Positions 1 through 13,320 of a stretch of DNA of 64,000 bases are shown piece by piece. Made by a program: the position numbers and the translations under genes. The notes under the pieces were generated by a model, which was not told the DNA's origin, did no database searches, and worked only from the letters and a program-made list of their open reading frames with translations. The stretch's first letter is position 1; each line of letters begins with the position of its first letter. Source of the DNA: the human T2T-CHM13v2.0 reference genome, Homo sapiens; assembly GCF_009914755.1 (NCBI RefSeq), contig NC_060946.1; one strand, given 5' to 3'.

Positions 1-211
1 TGGGGCACTAGCACACATGTATATGTATATACACAGTCCACCCTTGAACAGCATGGGGACTGAGGCACTAGAATATATATATATATGTATGTATGTATAT
101 ATACACACATACACAGTCCACCCTTGAACAGCATGGAGGCTGGGGCACTAGCACACATATATATGTATATACATAGTCCACCCTTGAACAGCATGGGGAC
201 TGGGGCACTAG

Positions 212-249
<38 letters not shown>

Positions 250-305
250 CCACCCTTGAACAGCATGGGGACTGGGACACTAGAATATATATATATGTAT
301 ATATG

Positions 306-357
<52 letters not shown>

Positions 358-1345
358 CCACCCTTGAACAGCATGGAAGCTGGGGCACTAGCACACATAT
401 ATATGTATATACACAGTCTACCCTTGAACAGCATGGGGACTGGGGCACTACAATATATATATATATAGAATATATATACAGAATATATATACAGAATATA
501 TATACAGAATATATATACAGAATATATATACGGAATATATATACACAGAATATATATACGGAATATATATACACGGAATATATATACACGGAATATATAT
601 ACGGAATATATATACACGGAATATATATACGGAATATATATACAGGGAATATATATACGGAATATATATACAGGGAATATATATACGGAATATATATACA
701 GGGAATATATATACGGAATATATATACAGGGAATATATATACGGAATATATATACGCGGAATATATATACGGAATATATATACGCGGAATATATATACGG
801 AATATATATACGCGGATTATATATACGGAATATATATACGGAATATATATATGCGGAATGTATATACGGAATATATATATGCGGAATGTATATACGGAAT
901 ATATATATGCGGAATATATATATACGGAATATGTATACGGAATATATATAGAATATATAGAATATATATAGAATATATATAGAATATATAGAATAATAGA
1001 ATATATGTATAGAATATGTATAGAATATATGTATAGAATATGTATAGAATATATGTGTATAGAATATGTATAGAATATATGTATATAGAATATATGTATA
1101 TGTATATGTATGTATGTATACACACACACACACACACACACACACAGTCCACCCTTGAACAGCATGGGGCCTGGGGCACCAGCATACATATATATATATA
1201 TATATTATATATATATATATACACACAGTCCACCCTTGAACAGCACGGAGCCTGGGGCACTAGCATACGTATATAAATACACAGTCCACCCTTGAATAGC
1301 ATGGGGGCTGGGGGCACCAGCATACATATATATACACACAGTCCA
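1..1345. repeat. Compound tandem array: at least 9 copies of a ~37-bp core (cagtccacccttgaacagcatggggactggggcacta) separated by (TA)n/(CA)n tracts; continues off the left edge
   Basis: Cores start near 34, 114, 174, 246, 354, 414, 1145, 1226 and 1282, with a partial copy near 1339. Confidence 0.95.
453..1118. repeat. AT-rich complex microsatellite (GAATATATATAC(A/G/GG/AGG/GCG))n embedded in the array
   Basis: Directly visible 9-17 bp units whose sequence drifts along the tract. Confidence 0.95.
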
Positions 1346-2770
1346 CAGTCTTACAGGACTAGGCAGGCTGCCCGGCATGTGGTTCGTATTAGGTATCAGT
1401 GATGGAGCCAGCTTTGGTTTTTTTTGTTTTAACTTTGTATTGAGGTGCTTTTTCATTCTGAGCAGTAAATAGGAAAAAATCCTGTTCTGTATTTGGGTGA
1501 AAAGCTTAGCTTTATAAAGCTATCTTAATGACTTCACAAGGCCCCAAGCTTCACCACTCCTGTTGGTTTCTTTGGGGAAGTTTCAGTGACTTCCGTGGGT
1601 AATTAGACATGGCTACTCTGGTCACAGCGTTTCAGCTGCTTAGCTATGCCGCTAACGTCACGTGTCGAAGTTTTTACTTCAGTAATAAGAATTGTATAGT
1701 ATTCAAGAAGGATTCAAACCGCATTAATATTAAAGAGCTTTTCGGATCCAGAAAGTGCCTGCGAATCCCTTCTGAGTGTAATTTATACAGCACATGTCAA
1801 TTAGGAAGAGGGCTGATGTGCGCTCGGCCACCAGTCCACGGAGGCCCCTCCAAGCCGGCTTCAGGAAGTGCCTCTTCCTGTAGCAGTCACGTCGCCAGGC
1901 CTCCCCGAGGGATCCTTGCTGAGAAATCAGGCTTTCTATTACTTTGCTGTTCTAAATAGACCTGTGTCCCAAATAGAAAGGAAAAATCAATTTAATTACT
2001 TATGAAACTTTTCCTTAAGGGTGAATGAATTAGGAGGAAAAGATGAAGTATCTGTATTTCAGGGCTTGACTAGGAGAGAAATTAATTTCAGTATGAAGAT
2101 GAGGTGTGGGCCGGTTGGTGAAAGCAGAACATGCTTGCACACGGAGGTGCGTCACCCAGGACCGCAGGGTGGAGCAGCTTTGTGCTTCTGGGACCAAACG
2201 GGAAATGAGCTGGAGGACCCGTGGCAGCAGGAAAATGGCGTTGAACAGGAGCCAGAGGACTTCCGCAGGTGTCAGTGCAAAAGAATTATGAAGGAGGAGA
2301 GAGCTAATTGCAATTAATGTAATTATGAAGAGAGAAATGTCCTCCGAAGGGAGCTGCCCGCCTCACTTTTGGCTTATGCTCTCCTCCCAGCCTCCCCGCG
2401 GCATCCATCTCGGTGTAATTAATGAGCCTCCTCTCCCACTCAGAAGCCAGGAGGTGGTGGAGTTGGACTGGAGGCTGCCCAGCTGTCCTAGCCGGGGGCA
2501 GAAAGCAACCTTGTGTTTTTTCCGCACATGATAGACCTTTGCAATATGTCTGCTTTTGTAAGAACAGAATTTAAAACCCAAGGCAGACAAAGAATTTGTG
2601 TTTTAGCTGGTGAGGCTTTAAACGTTCAACCTTGAAGGCTGTAAGCACAGAGTAGCGGCATGGGCTGCTGGTCCGCCAGGACTGGAGCATCGGGGACTGT
2701 GCCTGGAAAGGGGAATAAACCCCTCCTCTCTCCTACTTGTGTATTCCGCCTGGTCCATCTGTCTGTCTCC

Positions 2771-3470
2771 CATTTAATGCGTATAATTCAATGGTTTTTA
2801 GTGTCTTCACAGAATTGTGCAACAATTGCCACACTCTTGTTCCAAGACATTTCATCTCAAGATGAAACCCTGGTCCCTCCAGCAGCCACATGACCTTTCC
2901 TCAGCCCCTGGTGACCACTGATCTGCTTTTCGTCTGCATGGATTTGCCCTTTCTGACATTTCATGTTATATGTTCACAGCATCCTACGGCATGTGGCCTT
3001 TTTTGATTGGCTTCTTTCATTGACCGTAATGTTTTTGAGGTTCGCCGGTATTGTAGCACGCGTCAGTACTCCGGTCCTTTTTATGGCTGAATAATATTCC
3101 ATATAGACCACGTCTTGTTTATCCATTCATCAATGGATGGACATTTGGGTTGTTTGCACTTCTGGCTATTATGAACAGTGCTGCTGTAAGCATTTAGTAT
3201 AGTTTCTATGTGGGCATGATTTTATTTCTCTTGAGATATACCTAGGAGTGGAATTGCTGGTTCATATGGGAATTTTACCTTTTACCTTTGAAGAACCGTT
3301 TTCCAAAGTGCCTGCTCCATTTACCATCCCATCAGCAAAGGAGGAGGGTTGTGTTTCTCCACATCCCTGTCAGCACTTACTATTGTTTGTGTTTTTATTT
3401 TAGCCATCCTACTGGGTATAAAGTGGTAGCTTGTTGTGTTTCTGTTTGTATTTCCTGGATGATTACTAAT
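2771..3470 (-). mobile_element. L1M (L1MB-like) 3' region
   Basis: Antisense L1 3'UTR/ORF2-end motifs: ttttatggctgaataatattcc, ggacatttgggttgttt, atatacctaggagtggaattgctgg. Confidence 0.85.
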
Positions 3471-3553
3471 GTGTTTATTTTTGTTTTGTTTTTTCTTCAT
3501 CGGCAATTACATTTGATACTGATTGGATTCACTTAAAAATTTTTAAACTTTAA

Positions 3554-3878
<325 letters not shown>

Positions 3879-4544
3879 TGTACTCCATTTTTTAAAAAAT
3901 AAAACTTTTCATTCCATGCTCTTTGATCTATTATAACTTGAGTGGAATTGGTCTCACATTTTATACAATGAAGATACTTTTATTTTATCGTGATTACTCT
4001 TTTGCCTTTTTTGTTGGTTAGAGGAAAAAAGAATCCTTAAAGATGAGTGTGAAAATTTGATTTATTTTTTAATTCACAAAAGCTGAAAGTTGAACATGTA
4101 GATGATTTTTCTTTTAAGATAGATAATTAAATATGTATAGATTATCTCAATTTCTGTCATCTTGTGCCTGAGAGATTGAAGGAAAATCTGGAAATAAGAG
4201 GCAACCACTTCAAACTTTGCAACTTCATGCATTTAGCAACTGAGCCACTTCCAAATCTGTAGTTTGGTCATGACCTTAGTTCTTAAAAGTCAGAGTGGAA
4301 TCCTCATCTTCTGGTCTCCTTGGATTTTCAGTTCAGTACCACAAACTTTTGAAAAACTACTGGTGGGTTTTTGAAATGCCAGATTGTGTGCCATGATCTT
4401 TGCTCTTAGGCAGTTTAAATTTCGGGAGGGATACATGGCAATTTATTGTATTCATTCACTCATTCATTCAGCGCTTATTGCTGGGGGCTGTAGAAACAGA
4501 GGTGATGAAAATTAGAAGGCCTGTTTGACGGTTGTGGTGGAGGC

Positions 4545-4722
4545 GGCAGCTGACGTTTATTTAGCACGTTGTTTCTGAAGCTTTTAAAGAACTTTCCTTG
4601 TTATTATGTCTTACTAATTCATGAAGATGATGCTGTTATCACCCCTGTTTTACAAGAGATTGAATAACTTGATCAAGGTCTCAGAGCTACTGAGGGTCTG
4701 AGCCAGGATCCTAACCCAGGCT
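4545..4722 (-). mobile_element. MIR SINE fragment
   Basis: cctgttttacaag...aataacttgatcaaggtctcagagcta...gagccaggatcctaacccagg resembles the antisense MIR core. Confidence 0.7.
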
Positions 4723-7700
4723 GCAGCTGTGCTGACGGCATTTCTCGTTATGGGGAAAGGTGTGACCAACTAGCTGACATCAGAAGCCCCAGGGGGTTAA
4801 GGCTGTGTCCTGGGGTCTGCATTTGTCTCCCAGCCTCCGAGTCCTTCTGCCCTTTCCTCTGTGGGCCTGTACAGGAGCAGGGTTCCCCCCTGGTTACCCT
4901 CTGTCAGGGCACACACTTTGCTGATGCAATATTACCTGCCTCGTGCCTTCCTTGGGTTTGGTAGTATGATCCTTCTGTAGAGGCGGGTCGAGGCACAAAG
5001 AAGGAAATAACTCATCCACGGCCCACAGCTCAAAATAAATGGCAGTGAGCTTCATCCTGCTGACTAGTATTTTGTACCCTTTTCTTTAGAACTTACTTTT
5101 CTACTCAATGCTGCAGAACTGGGACCCCAAGTACTTTAGAATAATTTTTATCAGCGGCTGAAACAACAGTGACATTCTGTGTAATTCTCACTCTGGTTGG
5201 AAGAAGAGGTTTTAGGAGCCTTGTGATTCTGCACAGTATTGGCTCTTATCGTTTCTCCCTTAAAGGTGTGTGTACACAGCTTTCCAAAGGGAGGGAATGG
5301 AGTGTTGCTACCAGCTTCCTCCGTGTAGGTTCGTTTTCTCTTCCGGACGGGCCAGCATAAGCTTGTGCACCGTAGGAGCTGCTGGCCTCATCCAGCCGGT
5401 GTGACAGTACCCGCTTGGGCCTGTGTGGCTGAACTGAACCACGTTCCCATCCTTGGCTGCACAGAGGATGCTGTGTGGAATAGAGCTGGCCAGCACACAC
5501 AGGCTTCTCCCACCAGGCTGTAAGAGGTTGCAGGAGAAAGGTGCCCCTGACGAGCAGAGGCCTTGGTGCCCCCTGCTCCCCCTTGTTCCTTCAGGAGGCT
5601 GGTGAGCCTCAGTGACTCTCCTTCTTGTCTAAAGGGTGGCACTGGGCTCACAAGCAAGTAGAAGCCTGAGGCCGGCCAGCCAGATGGAGAGTGGATAGAG
5701 CTGTAAGATCCAAGGGCACAGGTGGCCGCCTCACTGCCTCATCCACAGAAGCACTGAGTAGGTGCACAAGGAGGGCCTCTGGGACGGTGCTTGCGTGAGT
5801 CCCACGGCTGTGCGGGCACTGGGCTCCTGTTGATGACTGAGTTTCCCAGGCAGTTTTCATTTTGAGGTGAGTCTGTTTCATTCATTCAGTCACAGCATCC
5901 TCAGCTGCTGTTGCAGCAAGTCTGTGCTACCTGGAATGAGCCTGGGGCCCCTTCCTCTAGGTTGGTATTCAGACCAGCGTGCTTGACTGCATTAGGAAGT
6001 GCATTCTGAGCAAACCTCTAGAGGTTTCTTTGCAACCTGATAACACCTCCTCCTACTTGTATGTTGGCATTTTATGTCTCCAGTAGGTTTTAGGGAGAGA
6101 TTTAAGCTGCTCCGTCTTTCTGGGATGTTTGTAGTACAGTCCAGTTGTATAATTTCAGTGGCCTGAATATTGAGCCGTGGCCTTCTCCAGGAGGAGCAAG
6201 TCTTCATCATAGGATTTGAGGCCGAGGGGTCTTTAGAGACTGCCAGGCCCAGCCTCCCCAGGCCACACCGTTATGTGGATGAGGTGATAGAGCTGTGTGC
6301 TGCCTCTCTGAAGAGTGCTGTGAATCGGTAGAAAGAAATGCTAATAGGTCCCCAGTTTGAATGGGGAAAACATTTGCTGTATCAGCTGATGGACCCTAAA
6401 TCACCCACTTTCTGTGGGTTTTGTTGTTTGGACATGGTTCTTGGGTTCTTCTCAGTCGCTCTGTCTGGACCCAGATGTGTGAAGTCGAATGGCTAAGGGT
6501 GGTTGAAGTCAGGGTCATCCGAGTAGAGCCATTTGTTCTTAGTTAAAAAGGCCCAGGCCACATGGGGCTCAGTGACTTAGCCCTGCGCATTAAAGGTGGA
6601 CGGTTGGACGTTTGAGACCCTTCAGTCCTCCACCGTCATCTAACAGGTGGGGCAATAAGGGCCTAGAACCTGCTGAACCTGCTGGTGGGACAGAGGCAGG
6701 TCTATAGCTGCCCCCTCCAGGCCACCACCATCTTCGTTGCGCTATTTCAAGGCCTCGTGGAAGCCATGGGCTGCTGCTCCCGCTTGTCTGTGTTGTGTTC
6801 GTCTGTGTTGCACGTCCTAGTTTCTTTCATACATTCCCTCTGGCCCTTGCAAGTGTGATCTCTCCCTCCTGTCTCCCTCCCTTTCTCCCTCCCTCTTCCT
6901 CCCTCACGCTGTTGCCAGGAGTGGGAGGTGGGCAGAGACGCCTGCCCAAGGAACCTGGCCAGAGATATCATGAGGACTGCCTGGCTCTCCATATCAACCT
7001 GTTCAGTAGTCTGCCTGTTCTTTCTGAGGATTCTGTGGCCACCTTTCCATTCTGTTGCTAACTTTGGGGACCTGTTTGTTTAGCTCTTTCTCATCAAGAG
7101 AGAATCAGAAAAATTGCCAGGGCTTTTAGAATCCTGCCCTCACCTGATAAACTCGCCTTTTAATGCCAGCTGTGAATGAGAGAAGGACGCTCTTTGTACA
7201 CTTGCATAAATGAGGTGCTCTGAGCTACGTTGGGTTGTCTAGGAAACATGCCTTTGGAGGGCGGCAAGGACGGAGGGCTGGGATATTAGAGGCGAACAGG
7301 AGAGATTTGCAAAACAAAGCAAATAAAAACAAACCTGCATATCTTCAAATAAAACATTTTAGCTGAAAGAGAGAAAACAAGAAATCAAAGCCCCTTAAGC
7401 AGGAAAGATTTTCATTTTCATTTTCAGTCTTAAATTGACAAGTAAGATGGCATGCAGACCTTTTTCCCCTTTGTTCTACGCCAGAGCAAGACTTCGTTAA
7501 AGAAACAGTATTAGAGTTTCCCACCAACTCTTGACTGCTCACCATTTAAGAGTCATTTTTATACAGGGTCATGCCTTTGTAGTCAAGAGCCTACATTCTT
7601 GGTAATGCCCTTTGAGATTTTCCCACATGCTGGGTGCCCATGGGGGTAGAGTCTCCTCCACCAAAACCTTGGTTGCAGTCATGAGCTTTGCTCATCCCCC

Positions 7701-8989
7701 CACGGTGGGTTTCTCACTCCGGGTGTGTATTGGTCGATAACCCTTTGAGTCTCTGGAGTTGGTCTCTCTGTGTTCCGTGGCAATGGTTTGTGCTCAGCTT
7801 GGTTTGGGAAATCTTTGATGCAGCACAGAAGCTGTCTTCCCTCTTTGGTCTTTGTCCCCGTGGGGCAGAAGCTGCAATTTCTCAAGAAGAAAGAAATGAT
7901 AGTTGCTGAAACGGAGCCTGCTCCTATTGTTAAGAGGCCCCGTGAGACAGGTAAAGACCGTGCCTTTCTCCACAGAATCAATTTCATCTTGTAAGCACGG
8001 CCAAACAGAAACATGCTACCGAAGTCAGAAAATCAGAAAATCAGAAAATCACCGGAGAGGCCCGTCACACACATTTACCTTATGCAGACTGAACACTATG
8101 TGCCGGGGGTGAGAGCCACACAGGTAGATCAGCCTGCTTCCAGGCACGGGAGTTCTGTCTGCCTTTCGCTGAGGAGCAGAAGCCCTGTGGGAAGCAGGAG
8201 TGGAGCGCCACTTCTGAGTGAGGGTCACTCATTTCATCTGATGTTGGGAAGAAATGACAGTCTGACCCAATGAGGGAGCACAAATTTGGGCTCCTAAAAG
8301 AGTCTTTGTTCAAGAGACTGATTGTGTCGCATTTTGCTTCTCTTCCATTTTTGAGTCCTGTCTTCACACCTGACCCTCAAAGAAGACGCAACATCAAGGT
8401 CCACCCGAATACCTGGAACCACCATGAGCATGACAACAGCCGGTCACACTCGTGTGGTTCAGGGAGTCAGAGGCTGTGAGTGCCAGAGGGAACCTCGGGA
8501 TCATCTGAGTCATCCTCCCCATTCTCAGGGAAACCTATGCCAGAGAAAGAAGTTGGTTTTCCGAGGGCCCCATCTGTGATGGAGCTGAGCCTGACCCCGT
8601 CCCCCATGTCTGCTCTGATGCTCCCCTCCAGCCCTGCCTCCTGCCACAATGTTTGTGTGGGGCCTTGAAGAGGGCATGGCCTGCTTTAAATGTTCTCATG
8701 TAGATCTGGGGTATGTCTGGCAGTTATTCCTACTCGTTTGGTGATAGAGCAAATGGAGGCTTCAGATGGAAGCGTCTGAATGGATCTCTTGTTAGCAAAT
8801 TTATATCATTTCATCCATCTGCCGACCAGGTATCTCTGCACGCAGGGAACTTTTATTCTTTTGGTGGGGAGAGAGAAATACTAAGTTGGATATTGGCAAG
8901 CACTAAGAAGCACTAAGAAGAAAGAACTGAGAAAGGAAAAGAAAGTGTTGCAGTCTTTAATGCTGGCTCAGCAAGGCCTCACTGAGCCG

Positions 8990-9570
8990 GTCAGCAGTGA
9001 TGGGAGTGGTGAGCACCATGCGCAAGGGCAGGCAAGTGAGTGCGGAGACTTCCAGGGGGCCCTGAGGCCTGAGCCGAGGCTGCTGGGGCTGGAGCAGGCT
9101 GAGCAGGGGAGGGCTGTGCTCAGTGTCATCTGAGCAGCAATGACCCCCATGGGGCCTGGAGGCCAGTGGAGGGACATTGGTTAACGTGGGTTAACATGGC
9201 CTTTTTTGAAAAGGGTCGCCTTGGGAACGTACTGAGACTAGGTTGTAGGGAGAAGCTGGGTGGACTCCAGGAGACCAGTTAGGTCATTGTGCTAAGCCAA
9301 GTTGGAGTGATCGGTGGTGGCTTGGAGCAAGAGGGTGGTAATAGTGGCTGGATTTGACTCTGGTTTGAAAGTTGAGCTGATGAAAGGGTTTGCTCATGAA
9401 TCAGAGGAACGATTGAGAGGGTAGTTGAAGATGGCTCCAAGGTTTATGCCTCACTGGCAGGGAGGGTAGAGTTGCCATTCCTGAGTGGCTGGTAGGAGAG
9501 GTTCTGGGTTTGGAAGGATGGCAGGAGCTTAGTCTTGGATGGGTGCCGTTTGTGTGGCCTGTTGCACATC
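8990..9570 (-). mobile_element. L2 LINE fragment
   Basis: Purine-rich antisense L2 motifs: ggagaccagttagg, gaagatggctccaaggttt, gagttgccattcctgag. Confidence 0.7.
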
Positions 9571-11417
9571 CTAATCATTCAACACTCTTAGTCAAAACCC
9601 CACGGGTCTTTACGTTGTCCTCCCAGGCAGTCGTTGATTTCTGCCCCCGTTTTGAGGTCCTTGTGTCCACTGTGGAATGCTGGACTGTCCTTTAGGGCCG
9701 ATGGCTGGATGGAGGCTTTAGGGCCCACTGGTTCCCACTTTCCTGCCTGAGGTCAGAGCCAGCTGTCATCTCGGAGCTTCATGTTCTTCCTTTCCAGTGT
9801 GGACATGGCGATGTCTCATCAGGAAGTTGCAAGGAACAACAGGAGGATGGTGGTGGTAGCTTTCCTAGATTGAGGTATTCACGGTAGATGTGCGCGAATG
9901 ACGGGTGAGTGTGGAGGAGAATCTGAAGAGGTAGAGAGAGCGCCTTTTACGAACCCTTGCGTCTCCGGGATGGATGTGTGCATGGATAACCGGGGACAAT
10001 ACAAAACCAAACACACCCCACACCTCTGCAGTTCTGTTATTTTTCTCCAGTTTACCAGTGTAGTTTTAATTCTGTTCCTTTTCTCTAGAGAAGTTCCTTA
10101 TAAATAATCTCCCTCTCACATTCCTTGTAAGTGTTCGGGATATGTGTTTGTCCTGAAATACGTGTGTGAGTCTGCATCCATCCGTAGAAGTGTGTATGCA
10201 TAGGCGCATGTTTGTGGACAGAAACAGCCCAGCACTTCCGGAGCTTTCAGCTGTCCCTGTACGTGGCATTGGGCCTACCTAACCTTTGCTTCTTTGCCGT
10301 AGACTCTCCATCTGCAAAATAGAGACAATCCTTGCAGCTTTTCTTCTCTCTGGGAGGTTAATGATTGAGTGTATGTATAGTGCTGGGAAGCCTTTGAAGT
10401 AAAATCACAAAGTACATGTGTATTATTTTTGTAGCTCTAATGGTATTTATATTTAAATCATTATTATTACAATAATAATACACTGGTTTGCCAATAAAAC
10501 ACAAACCACTTCAGAAGAACGTTCTAAAATGGTAGCATTTTCTGAGGCCGGGCAGCAGTGTCTAATTTTGGGCCTTCACAGTCAGTTTCGCGATTCATGT
10601 GTTATGCATTTTCAAAGAATAATCAAGAGCATGCAGGATTGCCCGGGGCAGTGAGTACTGAAAATGTACAGTTGGGCCAGTTGTGCTAAGAGAGTGATGG
10701 GACATCTGCACGGACATGGCTGTATTTCACGCCAGTTAGGGGCTGTCACTGCAGCCGGCGCCATCTTGGAGCCCTCGGAGCTTGACTTGGTGATAATGCG
10801 TCATCAGAGCTGAGCACCTTGTGTCAGCTGTCCAGTTACAGCGAGGTGTAAAGTGGACGAGTGTCTCAGTGATGACTGATGGGTTTTTTCTTTCAGATCC
10901 ATGCAAAATTCATAAACCTGATTTATAACCAGTGGAATTTGTGCTGCCGGAAGCAGAAGGCTCAAATGCGGAGCTTTGTTTTGTAGGAAATGTCTTTCTT
11001 TAAGGTGTCCTGATGCTTTCATCCCTGAGCACATCCAGGTGATGACACCAGAGGCTCTGCATGAGGGGAGACGAGGAAGCAGGTGTACCTGGTCTCCTTT
11101 CATCTTGCAGGAAATCCCATTTAGCTTATTGGAGTTGGACCAATGATCACATTAAGAGCAGAAGTCACAGAGCAGGCTGTTTGTTACGAGTTTTGTAAAT
11201 AAGATGTATCCTGCTGAGCCCCACAGCACAGGGCACGTGGATGTCCACAGGGGGACAGATTGTGGCCAGGCACCCTTGGCAAGCAAGTTCTTACTGAGGT
11301 CAGAAGTGACTGGCCTGCCCTGTGTGTGGTTGACACTTTGCAGCCATCATATCCCTCACAGCATGTCCACATCTTTGAAAGCATTTTCCTCCCAGGCTCC
11401 GGGACAGCAAGCCTTCC

Positions 11418-11496
11418 TGGCCTTGGCATTCCTGTGGACCCTGTCCCTCCTCACCATGGCCTTGGCATTCCTGTGGACCCTGTCCCTCCTCACCAT
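11418..11496. repeat. Perfect 39-bp tandem duplication
   Basis: tggccttggcattcctgtggaccctgtccctcctcacca x2. Confidence 0.95.
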
Positions 11497-11789
11497 CATT
11501 TTCGGCTTCTGTGTGTGCCGCTTGTCCTCCTCTGCCTGGGCTGTTGGTTCTCTCGAGCTTTCTTCTTGACCTTCTCCCCTTTCATCCTGCGTTCTCCACT
11601 CTTGCATGCTAGTGTCTTCATTGAACTGTGTACTTAAAGGTCCACAAGTGGCTTTTAGCAGGTTTAGGAGCCTCCTGACATGATACCAAATGTTATATCT
11701 CTGTACGTTTTTCTGGATAAAGGAAGCATCGTTTTTATCAGTTTTGGGTGTGGGTGTTGGCCTGCAAGGTTAAGATGTCGTGCTCTGAA

Positions 11790-12070
11790 ATGTCAGCTTT
11801 CTAGCCCAGATCTGTGTCCTGAGCTCCACTCCCTTGTATCCACCTGCCTCCTTGCCAGCTCCTTGAAGATGCTGGTACCACAGAGTCCAGTGCTGGAGGC
11901 AGAGGCAGCATGCTGTCCCACACCTGCTGCCTTGGCCATATTCTTTGGTCAGTACATCTGCCCAGTCTGCTGAAACCTGAGGGCCCCTGGATTCTCTCTC
12001 TCAACCCCTTAGCATTGTTGGTACCAGAGCTGACTCTGTCCCTGGTCACCCTCTCCTGTCCTCCACGTCA
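11790..12070 (+). mobile_element. Degenerate L2 fragment
   Basis: tctagcccagatctgtgtcctgagctcca...atccacctgcctcctt...gctgaaacctgagggcc...ggattctctctctc. Confidence 0.55.
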
Positions 12071-12184
12071 GGACCACCCCGTTGTCTCCTGCCTCTGGCC
12101 ACCCTCTTGCCACATTGCTTGGATGGCCTTTCACCAGGTCTGATCCGAGGGTGGTCTCATCTTTGTCTTAGCAGCCGAGGTCTG

Positions 12185-12970
12185 TGACCTTGACCACCTG
12201 GTGAAGTGTTTGCTGTAAAGTCACTCTTTTTTCCTTGCTTCCCATACTGCACTCTCTGGAAGGAAGTCACTGTGTGCAGCCCACACTGAACGGGTGGGGG
12301 TCATACTTCACTTCCTTGAGGGGAGAGCATGTTCAGAAATTATTTGGAATTTTTTTGCATGAGAGACTTTTCTGTTTTCCACATTTAATTTATCCAATTA
12401 TTTATATCAATATGAATTTTAAAATACTTCATATTTCGAGTTGCAGTCAATATTACATTATATGTTTTATTGCTCAGATTGATTCACCTTTGCCATTGGA
12501 TGGTCTTTCTGTTGGCCCCTGGGTTCCATGACACACTCTCATCTGTGTGTGTGTGTGGCCATTTCTCCAAGGAGCCCTAGTTCCTTTTATTGGTGGATTG
12601 TATTAAAACCAAGATCTGTATGCCTGGTATGTTCCTTGTCAATTATCTTTTAAAGAAATTATTTAAAAAATGCCTTTCATATTTACCTTCATTTTTATAA
12701 TTTCCTGTTTTTTTTTCATTTATTTTTGTAGGTCTGTATCTACTTGGCCTTAAACATGATTTCTTTTGCCTGAAGAACTTTAACACTTTTTGTAGCTTTA
12801 GTTTGTCTGAAAAAACATTTCACTTTGTTTTTGAAACATATTTTTACTGGGTACAGAATCCTGGGTTACCAGTTTTATTCCCAGTCCTTTAACACTGTCA
12901 TTCTATTGTCTTTTTGTCCTGCATAATTTCGGATTGGAAGTCTTTTGTCATTATTATCTTTGGTCCATGG
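12185..12970 (-). mobile_element. L1MC-type 3'UTR fragment plus an adjacent older L1M fragment
   Basis: ggaaggaagtcactgtgtgcagcccacact, ccatttctccaaggagccctagttcctttta and tttttactgggtacagaatcctgggtt motifs. Confidence 0.75.
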
Positions 12971-13009
12971 CTTAGGATTTGATAGAATTCTGTCAAAGTT
13001 AGCCAAATC

Positions 13010-13250
13010 TAATATTAACATTGACTGAGTATTTACCTCTATCAGGTGCTTTGTTCAGCTTAGCTGTGCATGTGTGTGATTCTCCCAACACCCTTAAGAG
13101 GGAGGCAGGGAGGGAGGTGGCATTTTTCCATGTATAGGTAAGGAAGCTGAGAGTTGATCAGGTTAACTGATTTGTTGAAGGCCACTTAACTAGGAGGTAG
13201 CAGAGCTGTGATGGTCTGATGCCAGAGACAGTCTGCATCTTAACCACTTT
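13010..13250 (-). mobile_element. MIR SINE
   Basis: ggtaaggaagctgag...aggttaactgatttgttgaaggccac...ggtagcagagctg. Confidence 0.65.
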
Positions 13251-13320
13251 ATTGAATTCATCCTCTTCAGAAGGTCGAGGATCAGGTCACGGTCACACTA
13301 GTGTAGTTAAAATGCTGTTA

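Noticed and set aside
68-1323. Long ORFs (373, 222 and 168 aa) at the left edge
   Set aside because: They are low-complexity Y/I/H/T/V/C translations of microsatellite.
1-1345. CRISPR-like appearance (conserved ~37-bp repeats with variable spacers)
   Set aside because: The spacers are simple TA/CA microsatellites, the context is a primate intron and there are no cas genes.
10755-10770. YY1-like motif ggcgccatcttgg
   Set aside because: A single short motif without promoter or CpG-island context.
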